A DNA stretch of 64,000 nucleotides from a virus, in the IMG/VR virus record IMGVR_UViG_3300049811_000251, positions 24,360-88,359 of that record, one strand, 5' to 3'. Made by a program: the position numbers and the translations under genes. The notes under the pieces are model-generated. The model was not told the DNA's origin. It searched no databases and worked only from the letters and a program-made list of their open reading frames with translations. Positions 29,432 through 39,585 of this stretch are shown here, piece by piece; position 1 is the stretch's first letter, and every line of letters starts with the position of its first letter.

Positions 29432-30512
29432 TCGACCTACCCTTTAATTCTCGGATAGTTCTTCGTACATCTTCTATATTTCGGGTACGCACCCTAACCA
29501 CTGAGTCATTAGTATGTATCTCAACTGAAGATTTTAAGTCTAAGATAGTAAAATCTTGAGATTCCCTAACTAAGTCATATAAATCTGAAAATTCAGACAC
29601 GTAAGCAGAATCCTCTGAAATAATCTTAACCTTATCTTTCTTTGTAGGAGATTCTATAACAAGAGTATTTTTAACAACTTCTGTTTTGGGTACTAACGGA
29701 AAAACGTGTCTCCAAGTCAATTTTTCCTGGTTTTCCTTAGATGTTAAGCAATGAGGGTCTAAAGAACCCGTAAACTTAAAAGTAGAACAAATAGTTGGAC
29801 TTGTTAAAGAGGGATACCTACAAATAACATTAGCTGGCTTAGTGGCAAAAAACAAAACTACGCCTGGAATACCTAAAATTCCAGCTACGTGAGCAAATGA
29901 TGAATCACAACCTATAAAATAAGAACAAGTTGCTAATTGTTTAGTTTGAGCTACTAAACATTCGTCAATATCGGATAACTTTATAGAACGAGAAGATGAA
30001 AAACCCGGCTCATCCTTAGTTCCTAGCCACAGTAGATCGCATCCAATTGATTGGAGTTCTCTTCCTAAAGTAAGCCATTGTTCAGTCTTCCACCTTCTAT
30101 TTGGATTAGACGCACCTGGGTGTAAAGCAATCCTGTTAGTTCTTGGAGTATGAGAGATGCTCTTAAACTGCCCTACCGGCAACGCATGTCCAACATGACT
30201 TTCAACTAAAGAATAATAATCAGAATCTTTTAGCTGTTGACGTAAATTAAATAAACCATCGAAACACTTAGCTACTGGAAACTGTTCTCTAATAGAAGGT
30301 CTATTAAGGAGTTCAACTTTATTAGCTTCGGATACACCAACTAATTCAGAAATTAACTTAACTTGATGATCTCTTACAAACGCAAAAACTTGATAGTGCT
30401 TTTCATAGTATTTAGAAAAAGAGCCTATAGAGATCAAAGCATCTCCAAGACCCCCGGTGACTCTAACCATATACTTAGAAGAATTGTTCATACTTATAGT
30501 ACCTCTAGGCAT
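29424..30512 (-). CDS. GT9 (heptosyltransferase-like) glycosyltransferase
   Basis: GGLGDAL, IALHPGAS..NRRW, FIGCDSSFAHVAGILGIP. Confidence 0.88.
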   Translation of the reverse strand: MPRGTISMNNSSKYMVRVTGGLGDALISIGSFSKYYEKHYQVFAFVRDHQVKLISELVGVSEANKVELLNRPSIREQFPVAKCFDGLFNLRQQLKDSDYYSLVESHVGHALPVGQFKSISHTPRTNRIALHPGASNPNRRWKTEQWLTLGRELQSIGCDLLWLGTKDEPGFSSSRSIKLSDIDECLVAQTKQLATCSYFIGCDSSFAHVAGILGIPGVVLFFATKPANVICRYPSLTSPTICSTFKFTGSLDPHCLTSKENQEKLTWRHVFPLVPKTEVVKNTLVIESPTKKDKVKIISEDSAYVSEFSDLYDLVRESQDFTILDLKSSVEIHTNDSVVRVRTRNIEDVRRTIRELKGRSNV

Positions 30513-30960
30513 TCACCAAACGAATTATCTATGCCAGAAGCCGCTCCCCTGTTAGCCTCCTGTGAATATACTTGAAATGTTAGAGTATCTCCAGCAGTAA
30601 GAAACCACCTACGACGACCCTGTGCTTGCACTTCTACAGTAGTAGCAGGAGCTATAAGAAGATGCTTAGCCGCAGACGATCCCGACGGTAATCTTACTCG
30701 TGCTCCATATAACTGACCGGCTGTTACTGCTGAATTAGCTCTTGCTCCACAAGCTACATCATACCAACCTCTGTAATTAACCACCCACACTCGTCACCTA
30801 TTTCAGGATTACTTGGTAAAGTAAAAGTAAGGTTAGTATCTAAATCTAATTTATGAATTACGTTTTTTTCACCTGACAACGCCCCCAAAGAAGCGAGATA
30901 AGCGAACTCAGAATAAGAGGCGGCTCCACCACCGCCGCTAACTATTGGATTTCCCCACAT
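30494..30960 (-). pseudogene. Third C1q-like paralogue, internally deleted and frameshifted
   Basis: N-part (LDLDTNLTFTLPSNPEIGDECGW) matches 32293..33054 (LDTASLSFTLPSNPAVGDTSGW). C-part in another frame (GWYDV...LTAGDTLTFQVY) matches its C-terminus. About 100 aa of the middle is missing. Confidence 0.7.
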
Positions 30961-30998
30961 TCTGAGTCTCCAGGAGTCCAATCAAGTGGACAAGTCAC

Positions 30999-31544
30999 CT
31001 ATCCTACTAAGGCAATCATTTGATTTAAGTAAACCTGAGAAGCTGAATGATTAAATCCTGGAGGATTAGTTGTCCAAGCTGCATCTAACTCAGAGTAGTT
31101 CCAAACATAAGTATAAGCATCAACTGTGCTTACCTTAGAGTAAATATCTACTGACGCTTGAATTGCAGATGCAGTAAACAACTTTTGCCATAAGTTAAGC
31201 GGCTCAATGTAGTTCAAAGCTGCTACATTGTTATCTTTCACTGCTTTTTGATAAAGAGTGAAAAAAGATAACAACTTAGAAACTTTCAAGCCTTTTTCTT
31301 CTAAGTAAGCATCAGTTTCCTTATCTAGTTTAATGAGCCTGTGCTTAATAGTGTTAGCTAACCTAAATTCTGTAGGATTCCAATTAGAAACTACCGTAGG
31401 ATCAGGCTTAGGCCCTAAAACAGCCTCATTCCATTTTTCTATGGTTACTACAACACCGTTAGAAACTAAAACGCAATCTCCGTCAGCCGTCGGCTGAATA
31501 CCTACTGAAAGAAGGTAATCAGCTAAGTGCATGGGATATTCCAT
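30999..31544 (-). CDS. XkdW-like / fibre-associated protein
   Basis: TIEKWNEAVLGPKPD resembles XkdW-type proteins; lies among fibre-like paralogues. Confidence 0.45.
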   Translation of the reverse strand: MEYPMHLADYLLSVGIQPTADGDCVLVSNGVVVTIEKWNEAVLGPKPDPTVVSNWNPTEFRLANTIKHRLIKLDKETDAYLEEKGLKVSKLLSFFTLYQKAVKDNNVAALNYIEPLNLWQKLFTASAIQASVDIYSKVSTVDAYTYVWNYSELDAAWTTNPPGFNHSASQVYLNQMIALVG

Positions 31545-31553
31545 AACTAATTC

Positions 31554-32309
31554 CTAGAATCTAAGGAATTCTACCACTGTTAAAGAAGGTCTCTTAGTGC
31601 TACTTACATCTACATTTAACGCAGACGTGTGCTGATTATACACGTTATACTTTATAACTATTGTAGAGTTACAACTTTGAAATTCAAAACCTTCCAAGGT
31701 CACTGCTTGACCATCTATACTAGAATAATTATACACACCGCCCTTAGAACTTGCTCCAACTTTTATGTCTATACCCACACTTTTAGTATTAGGTACTCCT
31801 AAGACAGTAGCCTTAAAGTAAATAAAGTAATAACCAGGCCGTCTTATCTTAACCCCCAAATCTACCGGAGACCATAAGTTAGCTGGATCGCTAACTACTC
31901 CAGTAAAAGTAACAGAAGTCCAACCAGATGGACTCAGTTGCAAAGGGTCTGCATGAATTAAGGTAACTACGTGAGGTTTAACTATTCTATCTACTATGTA
32001 CCAATTAGAACCGTTCCATTCAACTACTAACATATCTCCCGGTAAATAACCGATAGTGTAAGCACTATATGTTCCAGTGTTAAAGATAGCGTTAGATACT
32101 CGTAATATACTAGAACCTGTAACAGATTCTACGAGATAACCAGCTCTTGTTCCTCTAATGGGATTAACTGGCAACGTAAGATCACAATTAGTATCTAAAT
32201 TAACTACGTATAATCGGTTTGCTTCAGCTTGAATGTTACCACTAGAAGCGTTTTTATAAACGCTTCTAAGACGTCTAACGCTTTTCATAAGCTCAGGCAT
32301 TATTTGCAA
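31554..32309 (-). CDS. C1q-like domain virion protein (paralogue 2)
   Basis: LTLPVNP..G, WTSVTFTGVVSDP, KIRRPGYYFI; aligns by eye with 32293..33054. Confidence 0.6.
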   Translation of the reverse strand: MQIMPELMKSVRRLRSVYKNASSGNIQAEANRLYVVNLDTNCDLTLPVNPIRGTRAGYLVESVTGSSILRVSNAIFNTGTYSAYTIGYLPGDMLVVEWNGSNWYIVDRIVKPHVVTLIHADPLQLSPSGWTSVTFTGVVSDPANLWSPVDLGVKIRRPGYYFIYFKATVLGVPNTKSVGIDIKVGASSKGGVYNYSSIDGQAVTLEGFEFQSCNSTIVIKYNVYNQHTSALNVDVSSTKRPSLTVVEFLRF

Positions 32310-33054
32310 CTTCCATGACTGCTAACCTAGTTCTATCATACGCATTAGTTCTTGTAGTACGAGAAGAAGTTGAGCTAGTAAATGCTTGTAAAGTCAAAAC
32401 GTCATTCTCTACTAAGTCCAATTGAATGGAGGGAGTAGTAGATAAAATTTGACCTGAACCTGATGATTGCTTATTGTCTTCTAGAATAGACACTCCATTT
32501 TTAAGAAGCCTTGACATAAGCTCCTTAGTATCTTCAATGTTTCCAACCGATACGTAAACACTCACAAGATACGCACCATCTTTTTTAATCTTTACACCAG
32601 TGTCAGCCGGACTATACAACCCCACTACATCAAAATCTGTAGCTGTAAATGGAACAGGCGTCCAAGTGGACGCCAATAAAGTGACTGCTGTTCCTTGATA
32701 AACTTGAACAGCGTGAGGTTGTTTTCTAGAGCTAAGCAGTATCCACTTCTCACCAGTCCACTGAAATACGCTGTAATCGTTTACACAGTACCCATTATAC
32801 TTAGAATAACCAGCAACTTGCCCATTTACTCCAGTGTTAGTAATTAGTTTGTACGCACTAGAAGCTCTAGCCCCTACATACCAACCGGAAGTATCTCCTA
32901 CGGCTGGATTAGACGGTAGAGTGAAGGAAAGACTTGCTGTATCCAAGTTTACTAAATGAACACAATTAACTACCCCACTTAAACCTCCAGCCGAAGCTAA
33001 GTGAGTATAATCTGAGACTTCAGCTTCAGATATAGTAGCTGGTCCCCAAAACAT
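32293..33054 (-). CDS. C1q-like domain virion protein (paralogue 1)
   Basis: WTPVPFTATDFD, KIKKDGAYLV, LDLVENDVLTLQAF: a C1q/TNF-like beta-jelly-roll pattern. Confidence 0.6.
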   Translation of the reverse strand: MFWGPATISEAEVSDYTHLASAGGLSGVVNCVHLVNLDTASLSFTLPSNPAVGDTSGWYVGARASSAYKLITNTGVNGQVAGYSKYNGYCVNDYSVFQWTGEKWILLSSRKQPHAVQVYQGTAVTLLASTWTPVPFTATDFDVVGLYSPADTGVKIKKDGAYLVSVYVSVGNIEDTKELMSRLLKNGVSILEDNKQSSGSGQILSTTPSIQLDLVENDVLTLQAFTSSTSSRTTRTNAYDRTRLAVMEVANNA

Positions 33055-33063
33055 AAGTAACTC

Positions 33064-33357
33064 CTAGTAATCAATCCCAGTAATACCATAATCAATGACG
33101 GCAGACCCTCCGTCACCTTTAACAGTAATCTTCTTAAGACCAATCTTGTTTAGTTTGAAAAGTAAGGATGATCCGGCAGGCATCCCTAGCCACTCATCCG
33201 AATTGTGTAGCCCTTCAACTTGAATTTGAAGTCCATAAGAGGAGGTAGATCGAACTCCAACAAAAAACTCGGAACAAGTACGATCACCTGCCTTAGCATT
33301 AAAGATAACCGTAGAAGCTGTGGTTATAGTCTGATTTGATGCTGCGTTAGCCATCAC
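33064..33357 (-). CDS. Small hypothetical virion protein (possible decoration)
   Basis: 97-aa beta-rich ORF just after the capsid terminator. Confidence 0.5.
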   Translation of the reverse strand: MMANAASNQTITTASTVIFNAKAGDRTCSEFFVGVRSTSSYGLQIQVEGLHNSDEWLGMPAGSSLLFKLNKIGLKKITVKGDGGSAVIDYGITGIDY

Positions 33358-33375
33358 TACTCTCCAAGTTAGATA

Positions 33376-33414
33376 GAAAAACAGCCCAGTCTTGTAATTT
33401 TACAAGACTGGGCT
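33376..33414 (-). terminator. Rho-independent terminator after major capsid gene
   Basis: AGCCCAGTCTTGTAA-(2 nt)-TTACAAGACTGGGCT 15-bp stem followed by GTTTTT on the minus strand. Confidence 0.85.
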
Positions 33415-33438
33415 AATGTGGGTTCCAATCAATTGGAG

Positions 33439-34434
33439 TTACCCTGTATAATCGGTCCCCGACATGGAAACGTTCTTAGCCATGATGACCAAATCCGGGT
33501 TCTCGATCTGGAAGTCCGCCCGGAAGTGGATAGTGGCTTCCCAAACGTCCTGGCGAGGCTGACGCTGCCATTCGATAGTAATGTCCCTCTGAATGAAGTA
33601 AACAAAGTTATTCAGAGGAGACAGCCAAATCTGGCTTCCGTCAATACCCGCTGTGCCGAAAGTCAAGTCTTCCGGCATAAGCGGAACTTCCAGCATACGG
33701 ATACCCCAGGGACCGGGGCGAACTCCAGTAGCCAAAACGTTATCACCGGCAGCCGTCTGCCGCTCGCTCCAATCCAGCATCCACTTATCTGCCGGACCAC
33801 TGGGGCAAATCCAGACGTAAGACGGCTTAGCCGCCCTATAACGACTAGGAATCATACGCTTCATGTCGTAGTAAAGCCTCTTAGAAGGAGCCTTACCACC
33901 AGCATCAAGCTGCTGATTCGAGGGAACAGCAGTCTCAAGAATCTTCTTGAAACCATTGTTCACGCCCAAGAGGTTATTCTCGTCGGAGGCGGAATCTCCA
34001 ACAACGAGAGAAGAATCGCCCTCGATGGCGGCCATCTCAATGTCGATAGAGATACGCTTCGTGAACATAGCCAACAGCTTGTCACGAATAGCACCCTTCT
34101 CGATGTTATCTTCCAAGAAGTCCGTCTTGAGATCGAAGGCCGAACGATACTTTTCAGTATCCCAGACCATGATTCTCTCGCTAGGACGCCGGGTTGTCGC
34201 ACGGCTAGTCGTGCTGGCACCCTCCGTAACGATAGAACCAATGTCAAGCTTGTTGACCGAGCCTTTTTGCTCGTTCACCTTCTCAACTCTTACGTTCTTC
34301 ATAAGAACCGATTCATCGACTACTAAGTCAATGAACCGATCCGCTTGCGACCGGCTCATAACCGAATTCGGCAAGCTACTTTCGTCAATCGCCGTCTTGG
34401 AGACCATCGCCTTGATAGGAAGTGTAAGGTCCAC
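33439..34434 (-). CDS. Major capsid protein (HK97 fold)
   Basis: MSRSQADRFIDLVVDESVLM...; follows the prohead protease; strong codon bias; downstream terminator. Confidence 0.9.
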   Translation of the reverse strand: MDLTLPIKAMVSKTAIDESSLPNSVMSRSQADRFIDLVVDESVLMKNVRVEKVNEQKGSVNKLDIGSIVTEGASTTSRATTRRPSERIMVWDTEKYRSAFDLKTDFLEDNIEKGAIRDKLLAMFTKRISIDIEMAAIEGDSSLVVGDSASDENNLLGVNNGFKKILETAVPSNQQLDAGGKAPSKRLYYDMKRMIPSRYRAAKPSYVWICPSGPADKWMLDWSERQTAAGDNVLATGVRPGPWGIRMLEVPLMPEDLTFGTAGIDGSQIWLSPLNNFVYFIQRDITIEWQRQPRQDVWEATIHFRADFQIENPDLVIMAKNVSMSGTDYTG

Positions 34435-34491
34435 TTAAAAACCCCTTGATTTTGAGTAATTAGCAAAAATCTATCTATGATGGTTCCTAGG

Positions 34492-35961
34492 TTAGCCTAC
34501 AACAGGGGCAAAGCAACTATCAAAGATTTCGTTGCCTTTTTTTGGAGCTTCAGCCTTAGCAGTAGCTCCTTCTTGCCTCTGTGCCCCCGGTTGAGGAACG
34601 TGATTAGCAACAGCCTCAGCCATCTTGCTAACCTGTTCCAAATTCTTCTTTTGCCTATTCACTTCTTCGAGAAGAGATTTAAGCAAGTCAGAAGAATCCT
34701 TGCTAACTTCCTGCTTAGTCTCCGGCTCCTTAGTGGGAGTCGGTCTAGTCGTAGTCTGAAGGGTAGCCATCTTCTCTACGACCACTCCAAGCTTACCGAG
34801 ATTATCAGTAATCTGGAGATTAGACTTGGTGAGAGCCTCAATAAGAGGCGTCATCGACGCAGTAACGCTTTTGGCTACTGCCTCAGCCAAGACATTCACC
34901 AACTCAGTACCTTTCTTCTCATCCGTCACTAAGTTAGGGGGAGTTGTCCCCTTCTCGTCTGCATCAGTCTTAGCCGGGGGATTGACAACTGCTCCCTGAG
35001 TTTCAACGTTAGCTTCATCAGCCATTTTAGAGACTCCTTTTGAAACGGGTAAAGCTTCACAAAGACACCTGTTTTTTATGGCAGTCTCCAGATCAAACTG
35101 AGGACTAGCCATAATAACAGTTGCGTCTCCTAAGGGTACTTTTACTAAGGAGTCCAATCGAATGGAGTCCGCACCCTTACTTAATACTGAAAACGCATTA
35201 GCATCCTCAGTAATGGTCTTAGCTACAACTTTGTGTTTAGTTAAAAAGGTAGTTACAGAATCCTTATCCTTAAAGATAGCCTTGGGTAAAATAACCTGAT
35301 GAAGAACTAACGTCTTCAGATCAACAGACGAATCAACTACTAACTCTCCACTGTCAGCAGCCTTGGCAACCATAAACGTTGCTTGATTGTTGGCTGGAAT
35401 ATGAACTAAACTAATCTCCCAGAGATCAACGTTAGTCCAAACTTTGTAAACCTTTCCAGTACCTTGATCTACCTTCCAACTCTCCTCCGCCAACCCTCTC
35501 CAAGACATACCTCCTAATTCACCCTTAACAATTCTTTCTTTAAGGCTCTCATCAGTAACCGCAGCTTTGACAAAAAGGCCCGAAGTACCTTTCTTCAAAG
35601 ATGGAATTTTTTTCTTAGGATAAGTGTCAACAATTTCTTTAGTAATTAAATCTCTTAAAGCCCAGGAGGACTCATCATCCTTAATGGGCACTAACTTAAC
35701 AGGATTAGCACTTAATACCCTACCAGCAGCTACAGAGTTTCCTGAATAATCATACCAAGGCTTATGATTTACATACAAAACTGGAGCCGCTAAGAAATCC
35801 TCAATGTTAAACTCTAAAGGATCAACAGCCTCGTTAGCTCTATCAGGCACGTCTAAGGAAGCAAATCCTTTAACAATTAACGCATTTTTATCAACTTCGA
35901 GATTTTCTATCTCGATTGAAACCGGAGCTTCGGTGTAAATTAAATGCTTGTCCATTATCAA
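34492..35961 (-). CDS. Prohead protease (HK97-type) with scaffold-like C-terminal extension
   Basis: IVKGFAS..VPDRANE, GGMSWRG, LWEISLVHIPAN; charged coiled-coil tail. Confidence 0.88.
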   Translation of the reverse strand: MIMDKHLIYTEAPVSIEIENLEVDKNALIVKGFASLDVPDRANEAVDPLEFNIEDFLAAPVLYVNHKPWYDYSGNSVAAGRVLSANPVKLVPIKDDESSWALRDLITKEIVDTYPKKKIPSLKKGTSGLFVKAAVTDESLKERIVKGELGGMSWRGLAEESWKVDQGTGKVYKVWTNVDLWEISLVHIPANNQATFMVAKAADSGELVVDSSVDLKTLVLHQVILPKAIFKDKDSVTTFLTKHKVVAKTITEDANAFSVLSKGADSIRLDSLVKVPLGDATVIMASPQFDLETAIKNRCLCEALPVSKGVSKMADEANVETQGAVVNPPAKTDADEKGTTPPNLVTDEKKGTELVNVLAEAVAKSVTASMTPLIEALTKSNLQITDNLGKLGVVVEKMATLQTTTRPTPTKEPETKQEVSKDSSDLLKSLLEEVNRQKKNLEQVSKMAEAVANHVPQPGAQRQEGATAKAEAPKKGNEIFDSCFAPVVG

Positions 35962-35975
35962 CTCCTGATGGCTAT

Positions 35976-36003
35976 ATTATGCCATCTTTTTAAGACTTGT
36001 CAA
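35976..36003 (-). promoter_or_regulatory. Sigma70-like promoter for protease/capsid
   Basis: TTGACA-N16-CATAAT with TG at extended -10. Confidence 0.6.
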
Positions 36004-37894
36004 TAGGTGTCTTGGATTTATTTTTTACAGGCTTCTTGGAGCCTGAGGATACAGGCACTTTCTTATTTTGTTGTGAAACTTCTTTAGCCTTAGCAGCTTC
36101 TTTAGCCATGCTTAACTTAAGTTTTTCAGACTCCATTCGAGTGGACTTCATACCGGACAATTCTTCTATAAAGAACAAATCATTTCCTACAACTGTAAAC
36201 AATCTATCTCCACCAGAAACAGGCTCACCCAAATTCATAGCCTTGATTACTTGATTTACTGTCAAGCAGCCCTTAGTAAGAAGAGTAGTATAAACCAGAG
36301 TCTCAGCTTGCATATCTCTAATATCTAACGGATCAAAATAAAGAGAGACATATCTAACTCCTAGACCTAACCTGAAGATTTTATTCAACCCCCCACTCCA
36401 AACTTTTTGAAGAGGAGTTACTATACGATCTTTGTAAATCTCAGCTTGAGACAACCCTTTACCAGACCCAAGCTCACTATGCTCCGCTATACCAATAATA
36501 GCTGGAGATACCCCATGAGCTGCCATTATAGACTGAGCATTGTTTTTCTTAGTTTCTTGAAACGAACCTTCCCTTTCGTCTGAGTCTAGTTTTTCAAACT
36601 TAACTCTAACTTCGCCTCTAATGGAGGGAATAGGAAGAATTAAAGTCTTGTGAGCCTGTCCTCTAACCTCACTATTGAAATACTCTTGAATAGTTTTAGA
36701 TACCTCTGGAGTAAGCTTAGCACCTTCAATAATGATAGCATAACGAGGAACAGTGTTATGCTCAAAAAACTGAAGAAGGTACTTTCTAATGTTTACGTTG
36801 CCCATCAACCACCCTACTGCCGGAACTATGTCTGAATAGCCATAATAAATGGTGGCTGGATGATGCTTAGGCAACCACAAAATCTCGTTAGCAGCCTTAG
36901 TTAAATCCGTAGTAGGCTTTCCAGTATCCTTGTCTATAAGATTCCATTCCGCATTAGAAATATCCCCATCTTCTTCAGGATTGTAGGGAACCTTAGCTGA
37001 AGTAATCAAGTCGGGATTCTTGGAACTTACCTTTTCTCCGAAGGGTTGATAATAAATCTTTTTTCTACCGTCATCCAAAAGCTCAACAAAACCTTTCCAA
37101 CCAGCTAATACTCTAACTCTAGCCGCAGGAACATGGGCCAATCTTTTTACCTTTTTATCCATCCCTCTAATAACTTCGATAGCTGCCCAACCTACGCCCT
37201 CGTAGTCCATCGAAGCACGCTCAAGTACACCCGAAAACCCTATAATCGAGTTACAATTTCTTAAAAACTTCGAGATAATGTCAATTTCTTCATTAACAAC
37301 ATCTTGACTAACGGCATTCTTGGCACGCTCTTTATCTGTTTTTATTGGATAATCAGATTCCAAACTATACTCACGACTAACCGCGTCAGAGGTCTTAACT
37401 CTACAGCATCTAAAGTGAATTTCGTCTAAGTCTAAAAACGCAAGCATTAAGTTAGGATCATAGGGAGGCTCGATTAGTTCCTCTGAGCCTGCAATAGAAT
37501 ACGAATTTTCACTCTTAAGTTCTTTCGTACTTTGACGACTACCTTCGATTCCCTTATAAACTTCAGTTTTGTCCAACCGATTGGAGGTTACACTTTTTAC
37601 TACTAACGTGGTAAAAATATCATTGATTGACACAACCTTTTCGTTATCACCCTCTCCAACAATAAACGCAACGTCACACACGTTTTCTCTAGACTTTTCA
37701 ACAAGATTTTCCAGTTGAGATTCTGCCATAGTCTCAATCTCATCTGAAGACAAAGCTTCTAACGGATTTTCAGTTTCCACTGCTTTTTCAACACGCTCTT
37801 TAGTAATTAACCTGCATAATCTTTCAGCCGCTTGCTTAGAGCGACCTTTTTGAATTTCTTCCTCTACGCAAGCTAAAAAAGCATCGTCGTTCAT
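35990..37894 (-). CDS. Portal protein (PBSX/HK97-like) with N-terminal extension
   Basis: LAHVPAARVR, YYGYSDI, FFEHNTVP, AHGVSP.IIG, LTVNQV; follows TerL. Confidence 0.9.
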   Translation of the reverse strand: MNDDAFLACVEEEIQKGRSKQAAERLCRLITKERVEKAVETENPLEALSSDEIETMAESQLENLVEKSRENVCDVAFIVGEGDNEKVVSINDIFTTLVVKSVTSNRLDKTEVYKGIEGSRQSTKELKSENSYSIAGSEELIEPPYDPNLMLAFLDLDEIHFRCCRVKTSDAVSREYSLESDYPIKTDKERAKNAVSQDVVNEEIDIISKFLRNCNSIIGFSGVLERASMDYEGVGWAAIEVIRGMDKKVKRLAHVPAARVRVLAGWKGFVELLDDGRKKIYYQPFGEKVSSKNPDLITSAKVPYNPEEDGDISNAEWNLIDKDTGKPTTDLTKAANEILWLPKHHPATIYYGYSDIVPAVGWLMGNVNIRKYLLQFFEHNTVPRYAIIIEGAKLTPEVSKTIQEYFNSEVRGQAHKTLILPIPSIRGEVRVKFEKLDSDEREGSFQETKKNNAQSIMAAHGVSPAIIGIAEHSELGSGKGLSQAEIYKDRIVTPLQKVWSGGLNKIFRLGLGVRYVSLYFDPLDIRDMQAETLVYTTLLTKGCLTVNQVIKAMNLGEPVSGGDRLFTVVGNDLFFIEELSGMKSTRMESEKLKLSMAKEAAKAKEVSQQNKKVPVSSGSKKPVKNKSKTPIDKS

Positions 37895-39585
37895 CCTACG
37901 TAAACCTCGCCAACAGTGGACTCGGCTAAAAGATGTGCCGCAAGCATATCATAAACATCTGCGTGTCTTTGATGATCTTGTCTATCAGCTCCCTTAGTCC
38001 ATTCGTATTTTAAGTTACCCTTAGCATCTTCGACAATCTCTCTTACGGGATTGCACATTTCTTCAACATACTTACCACTAAGTATGGCATTGTAATTTTC
38101 GGGTAAGATATTTCTTCCCATTCTTAATTGAGAGTATCCCCTATCCAAAGCCTCAGTTCTATCAATGGTTAAAATCCTATCATTCAAGTTGAATTTTCTA
38201 GTTCGGTCAGAACCTTCCCCACCATATCTACACAACCAAACATCACAAGGGGACTGTTCTTGAAAATCTTGAGCAAGCATTAACTCAGGAGCAGCGTCTA
38301 TTACTACTTTTTCAACGTTATATGCTTGAATAAGCTCGTAAACTTCTGAAAAGTTTTGAGACTTGACCTTTCCAATATAAACGCATTTACGAAACCCTGA
38401 TCCCAAAACTTCCGATATTCTAATGTCTAAGATAGCACCAACGTCTATACCCATAGAGCACGGACCCGGAGAACCGTGCTCATAAACATGAGCACTATTT
38501 GGATTGATGATAAACTTATAACCCTTCCTACTGCAACGCTCCAAAAGAGTATCTGTAACTCTGTTACCCGCGGCGTTGTAAGGAAGACCTAAATAACTAT
38601 TGAAAAACTGCTTCATCAAACCGGGGTCATCCAAAGCACCCCTAAACTTAGACCACAATTCTTGAATACTGTTAAGAGGAGAGCATAAAAGAGAAATATG
38701 ATAACCTTCTATAGAAGAATCAGGATTTTCTGGCCTCCACTCCCCCTTAACTGAAGTTCTTTCCAACTCTCCTCCACAATGCGGACAAATTAACCTAATA
38801 TCTCTACGAATACCAGTTTTCCATTCTGTATCTCTTAAAACGTAATCTACTATATTCCCACTTCCATCTACTACTTCTTTAACTACTGTAGCAAACCAAT
38901 CAACTTTTGAATAAATACCGCACAACTTACAAGGAACCCACCACTCTCGTTGATCTGATTTCAGATAATACTTATGAATACCATTATTCTTAATAGTTGG
39001 ATTGCCTAAATACCTCTTATACTGATACCTACTAGCTCTTAATCTATCTAACGCAAACTCGACGTTATCAGGATCACACTGGTCAACTTCTTCAACATAC
39101 AAAATATCCGCAGGAAACTCCTTAAAGTCAGCGAGAACATTGGACCCAACGTACTTAACTACGCCTCTACCAAAAGACTTTAAGGCAACGGAGTCAAAGA
39201 ATCCGTTGCCTATAATCTTTTTGTATTCGGGAACTTGCTCTACGCAACGATTAACTCTATTTTGAACAAACGTAGTCCTCATTTCAAACTTGGGTAAAAC
39301 AAAGAATACGCTTAAGCCAGAGTTAGCTGCTGCAAAGTGATCGCAGATAGCCCACTCACTTTTCAGTGATTGAACTGATCCCATTAAAACTATTTCAAAG
39401 GCTACACTATTGTATAAATCCTTGATGTGCGGAAAACGCACAAAATCCATCTTTTCTCCGCGAGTATTGATATGATGCTTAGTAGCAAAATCTATACGAG
39501 TCTCCCGCATCTCCAGCATCTTAAGCATCGCCATTAAGCGATTACTTTCGACGCCTTCCAATGGATTGGAGTTTTTGTCGCTCAC
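37891..39585 (-). CDS. terL: Terminase large subunit (lambda gpA-like)
   Basis: LYVEEVD Walker B, LGNPT, SDQREWWVPC..C, CPHCG, GIDVG nuclease motif, DHQRHADVY. Confidence 0.92.
   Translation of the reverse strand: MSDKNSNPLEGVESNRLMAMLKMLEMRETRIDFATKHHINTRGEKMDFVRFPHIKDLYNSVAFEIVLMGSVQSLKSEWAICDHFAAANSGLSVFFVLPKFEMRTTFVQNRVNRCVEQVPEYKKIIGNGFFDSVALKSFGRGVVKYVGSNVLADFKEFPADILYVEEVDQCDPDNVEFALDRLRASRYQYKRYLGNPTIKNNGIHKYYLKSDQREWWVPCKLCGIYSKVDWFATVVKEVVDGSGNIVDYVLRDTEWKTGIRRDIRLICPHCGGELERTSVKGEWRPENPDSSIEGYHISLLCSPLNSIQELWSKFRGALDDPGLMKQFFNSYLGLPYNAAGNRVTDTLLERCSRKGYKFIINPNSAHVYEHGSPGPCSMGIDVGAILDIRISEVLGSGFRKCVYIGKVKSQNFSEVYELIQAYNVEKVVIDAAPELMLAQDFQEQSPCDVWLCRYGGEGSDRTRKFNLNDRILTIDRTEALDRGYSQLRMGRNILPENYNAILSGKYVEEMCNPVREIVEDAKGNLKYEWTKGADRQDHQRHADVYDMLAAHLLAESTVGEVYVG

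Noticed and set aside
33418-34326. 302-aa plus-strand ORF antisense to the capsid gene (also 33947..34438, 7499..7963, 26400..26792)
   Set aside because: Shadow ORFs produced by GC-rich codon bias of highly expressed minus-strand genes; no RBS or recognisable motifs.
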